This document shows positions 61,844 through 64,000 of a stretch of DNA of 64,000 nucleotides, piece after piece. The notes beneath the pieces were generated by a model, which searched no databases, had not been told where the DNA came from, and was given only the letters and a program-made list of their open reading frames with translations. Every line of letters starts with the position of its first letter. The stretch's first letter is position 1. Position numbers and translations under genes: made by a program. Source of the DNA: Minisyncoccota bacterium (GTDB taxonomy: Bacteria > Patescibacteriota > Minisyncoccia > Phycocordibacterales > UBA5272); the NCBI GenBank assembly GCA_041651055.1, contig JBAZJW010000001.1:373325-437324 (forward strand), given 5' to 3'.

Positions 61844-63475
61844 CTATTCTGGTATATATTTCCCTGGCGACAGAATATTTTGTGGATCAATTGCTTTTTT
61901 TATTCTTTTAAGAAAATTAAAGAAATTTTGAGAGTCACCTTCAAGAAACTTCATCGAATGGTTCCCGGCGCGATACAAGATATATCCATTTTTTATCAGC
62001 ACGGCAACCACGTCGTCATGACACTTTTTCGCTCTTTCACTCTCCTCTTTATTTCTTGCATCAAAACAAATCGTCATAACGGCGCACACAGACCTGTCAG
62101 ATACCATCGATATGGTTTGTAGCAGATCAAAATTATAGGTATTAAAAATAGGCTCGACCAACACAGTAAGGGTGTGAATGTCATCGCCCCTCATTGGCAA
62201 GATGGGAGAAATCCAATAAAAACCGGAACCATACTCGTACAAATCTTTTTTTCCACCTTCACTTCCATGAGAATCTTTCTTTATACGCCATAGCCCTCCT
62301 AACAAACTCGACGGAGGAGTCTTTCCTTTAAGGAGATCAAATGCCATTTTTACCTTTCTGGACAAATGCATGCTGTTTTTAGAAAAACCGAACCTTCTCA
62401 TCACATAAACATATTTCTCAAAAAGAAATAACCGAAACTCATCCATAATCAAAAGATGTCTTACCCCTTCGACATTCTTGAGTTTCTTCATAACTTTTAG
62501 AAGGTCTGCTTTATTTTGCTCTTTTGAACCATAAAATCCAGCAGTACCAGTCCAAAAACCAACACCATGTCTATCTCGCAATTCCCTTCTTTTCTCTTTG
62601 GAAAGATATGACCCTGAAGCCACTTCATCAAAAGGAAAGCGCTGTAGTGTAGAAATAGTACGCAAATCATTACTAATATGAACGACGGATTTTAACGTAC
62701 CGTCTATTTTAAGTGATCGGATATTCTCTATGAATGCGATGATGTCATTTTCTTCCTTTAAGACAAAGAAAAGAACCTTAAAATCTTCTGGTTTAGGAAG
62801 TAGCCATATAGTCATCTTTGTTACAACTCCGAGATTCGACTGCGTAAAAAGTCCATCTATGGACGGACCAACACCCCACTTGTAAACCTCGGAGACTTTA
62901 GAGTTTTCGTAGTGGCCGAACCCTGTATGTAATACCTCTCCAGTGGGAAGAACGACCTCGTAAGCACAACTGTGCGCGTACCTATCACCGTGTGGAGAAT
63001 GACCGAATCCTCTTTCCATTATATTTCCGATAATGCTCGTATCTGGACCTGCACCTGTGGCATCCATCCATACATTTACATGGTTATGTTCAAGATACTC
63101 ATACAGCTGCCCTTGCGTAACACCTGGCTCAATTGTTGCATAACACAATTCTTCATTGACCTCGATAATAGAGTTCATTCTGCTCAGGTCCAGTATGAGA
63201 TTCCCGTCATTCGGAGCGCACGCATCCGAATATCCCCAATTTTTACCTGTACTTATGGTGTGAACTTTTAATCCATGCGCGGAGGCAATTTTCAAAATAC
63301 TTTCTATTTCTTCTCTTGTTCTTGGTTTAACAATGGCACTTGGCACTGTACCTGTAGACAAGGTGCTACGAGAATACATCTCCCTGCTCTTTATATCAAT
63401 AAGGAGAAAAGATTTGCCAACAATATCTTCCAATTCTTTAATTGCCGCATCCAACATAGTGTGCTCGTGTCTCAT
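61844..63475 (-). CDS. FAD-binding oxidoreductase, VAO/PchF (4-cresol dehydrogenase flavoprotein) family
   Basis: ISTGKNWGYS, IEPGVTQ, SIIGNIMERGFG, GPSIDGLFTQSNLGVVTK and DPQNILSPGKY. Confidence 0.87.
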   Translation of the reverse strand: MRHEHTMLDAAIKELEDIVGKSFLLIDIKSREMYSRSTLSTGTVPSAIVKPRTREEIESILKIASAHGLKVHTISTGKNWGYSDACAPNDGNLILDLSRMNSIIEVNEELCYATIEPGVTQGQLYEYLEHNHVNVWMDATGAGPDTSIIGNIMERGFGHSPHGDRYAHSCAYEVVLPTGEVLHTGFGHYENSKVSEVYKWGVGPSIDGLFTQSNLGVVTKMTIWLLPKPEDFKVLFFVLKEENDIIAFIENIRSLKIDGTLKSVVHISNDLRTISTLQRFPFDEVASGSYLSKEKRRELRDRHGVGFWTGTAGFYGSKEQNKADLLKVMKKLKNVEGVRHLLIMDEFRLFLFEKYVYVMRRFGFSKNSMHLSRKVKMAFDLLKGKTPPSSLLGGLWRIKKDSHGSEGGKKDLYEYGSGFYWISPILPMRGDDIHTLTVLVEPIFNTYNFDLLQTISMVSDRSVCAVMTICFDARNKEESERAKKCHDDVVAVLIKNGYILYRAGNHSMKFLEGDSQNFFNFLKRIKKAIDPQNILSPGKYIPE

Positions 63476-63591
63476 CGTATAGTAAGTTTACAGGTATTGC
63501 TCCACTCTGCAAACATAAAGTGTATGTCCCTGTATGCATGCACGACTACTGCTATTCATGTAATACTGTGGAGAAGATTACACAAAAAACC

Positions 63592-64000
63592 ATGTCCCAG
63601 AAATTTTGGCAAAATGTATCAACTAATGCGTGGGAAGAAACTCCGTATCCATGGAGACCATGTTACAAAGACCTGGCTATTTTTATGTTTTATGTTCTAA
63701 GAAAAACAACAAAGAAAAAAGATGCTGTCGTGCTTCTCATAGGAGCAACCCGAGAGCTACGTTTTCTATTGTCATTTTTTAAAATAAAATATGACCTTAT
63801 CGATTACAGTGAAAATATGATAGCAGTAACCACTCCCAAACATGATGCCTCCGTGCGTGCGATATATCACCAGGACTGGTTCGAGACAATTCCTTCGCCG
63901 ACAAGGTATGATGTAATTTTAGGAGATCTCATTTTGAACCTCATACATAAAGAGGGTGTTGCCACCTTTTTCTCCATCTATAGAGAGCATATGGCGAAAG
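63592..64000 (+). CDS. class I SAM-dependent methyltransferase-like protein (partial, runs off the window)
   Basis: Manual translation MSQKFWQNVSTNAWEETPYPWRP...LLIGATRELR...IDYSENM...QDW...YDVILGDLILNL is open to the window end. Confidence 0.7.
   Translation, partial: MSQKFWQNVSTNAWEETPYPWRPCYKDLAIFMFYVLRKTTKKKDAVVLLIGATRELRFLLSFFKIKYDLIDYSENMIAVTTPKHDASVRAIYHQDWFETIPSPTRYDVILGDLILNLIHKEGVATFFSIYREHMAK

Overview
This is a chromosomal window from a Patescibacteria (CPR) bacterium, most likely Parcubacteria/Paceibacteria, judged from 16S signature changes, a stand-alone 16S with an insertion, an HTH-MurA fusion and a CPR-type coupling ATPase. It carries housekeeping genes (gyrA, rpsA, pth, lepB, hisS, rpsU, ybeY, ftsAZ, trxB, murA, murB, rlmH, tsaD, rsmI, cmk, secDF), three tRNAs (Val-GAC, Glu-TTC, Ile-GAT), a ~16 kb surface-glycan locus and a hicBA pair. 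The most unusual signals are non-coding. (1) All three tRNA genes are followed by a tRNA-specific antisense copy of their own 3' end, split by a covarying CTGC-loop hairpin, then a complete or partial second 3' end. Val and Ile are also preceded by interrupted copies of their 5' end. (2) The 16S lacks the anti-Shine-Dalgarno sequence and core genes look leaderless or SD-free, yet about 8 dispersed, mostly orphan ORFs carry AGGA(G) SD motifs and mostly sigma70-like promoters. (3) A window-wide family of 7-nt-periodic repeats also brackets a four-helix-bundle (Avd-like) gene as inverted arms. (4) There are ERIC/RPE-like ~125 bp palindromic elements, and cassette-like shared flanks around unrelated accessory genes. 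All calls were made by eye; no database searches were run.
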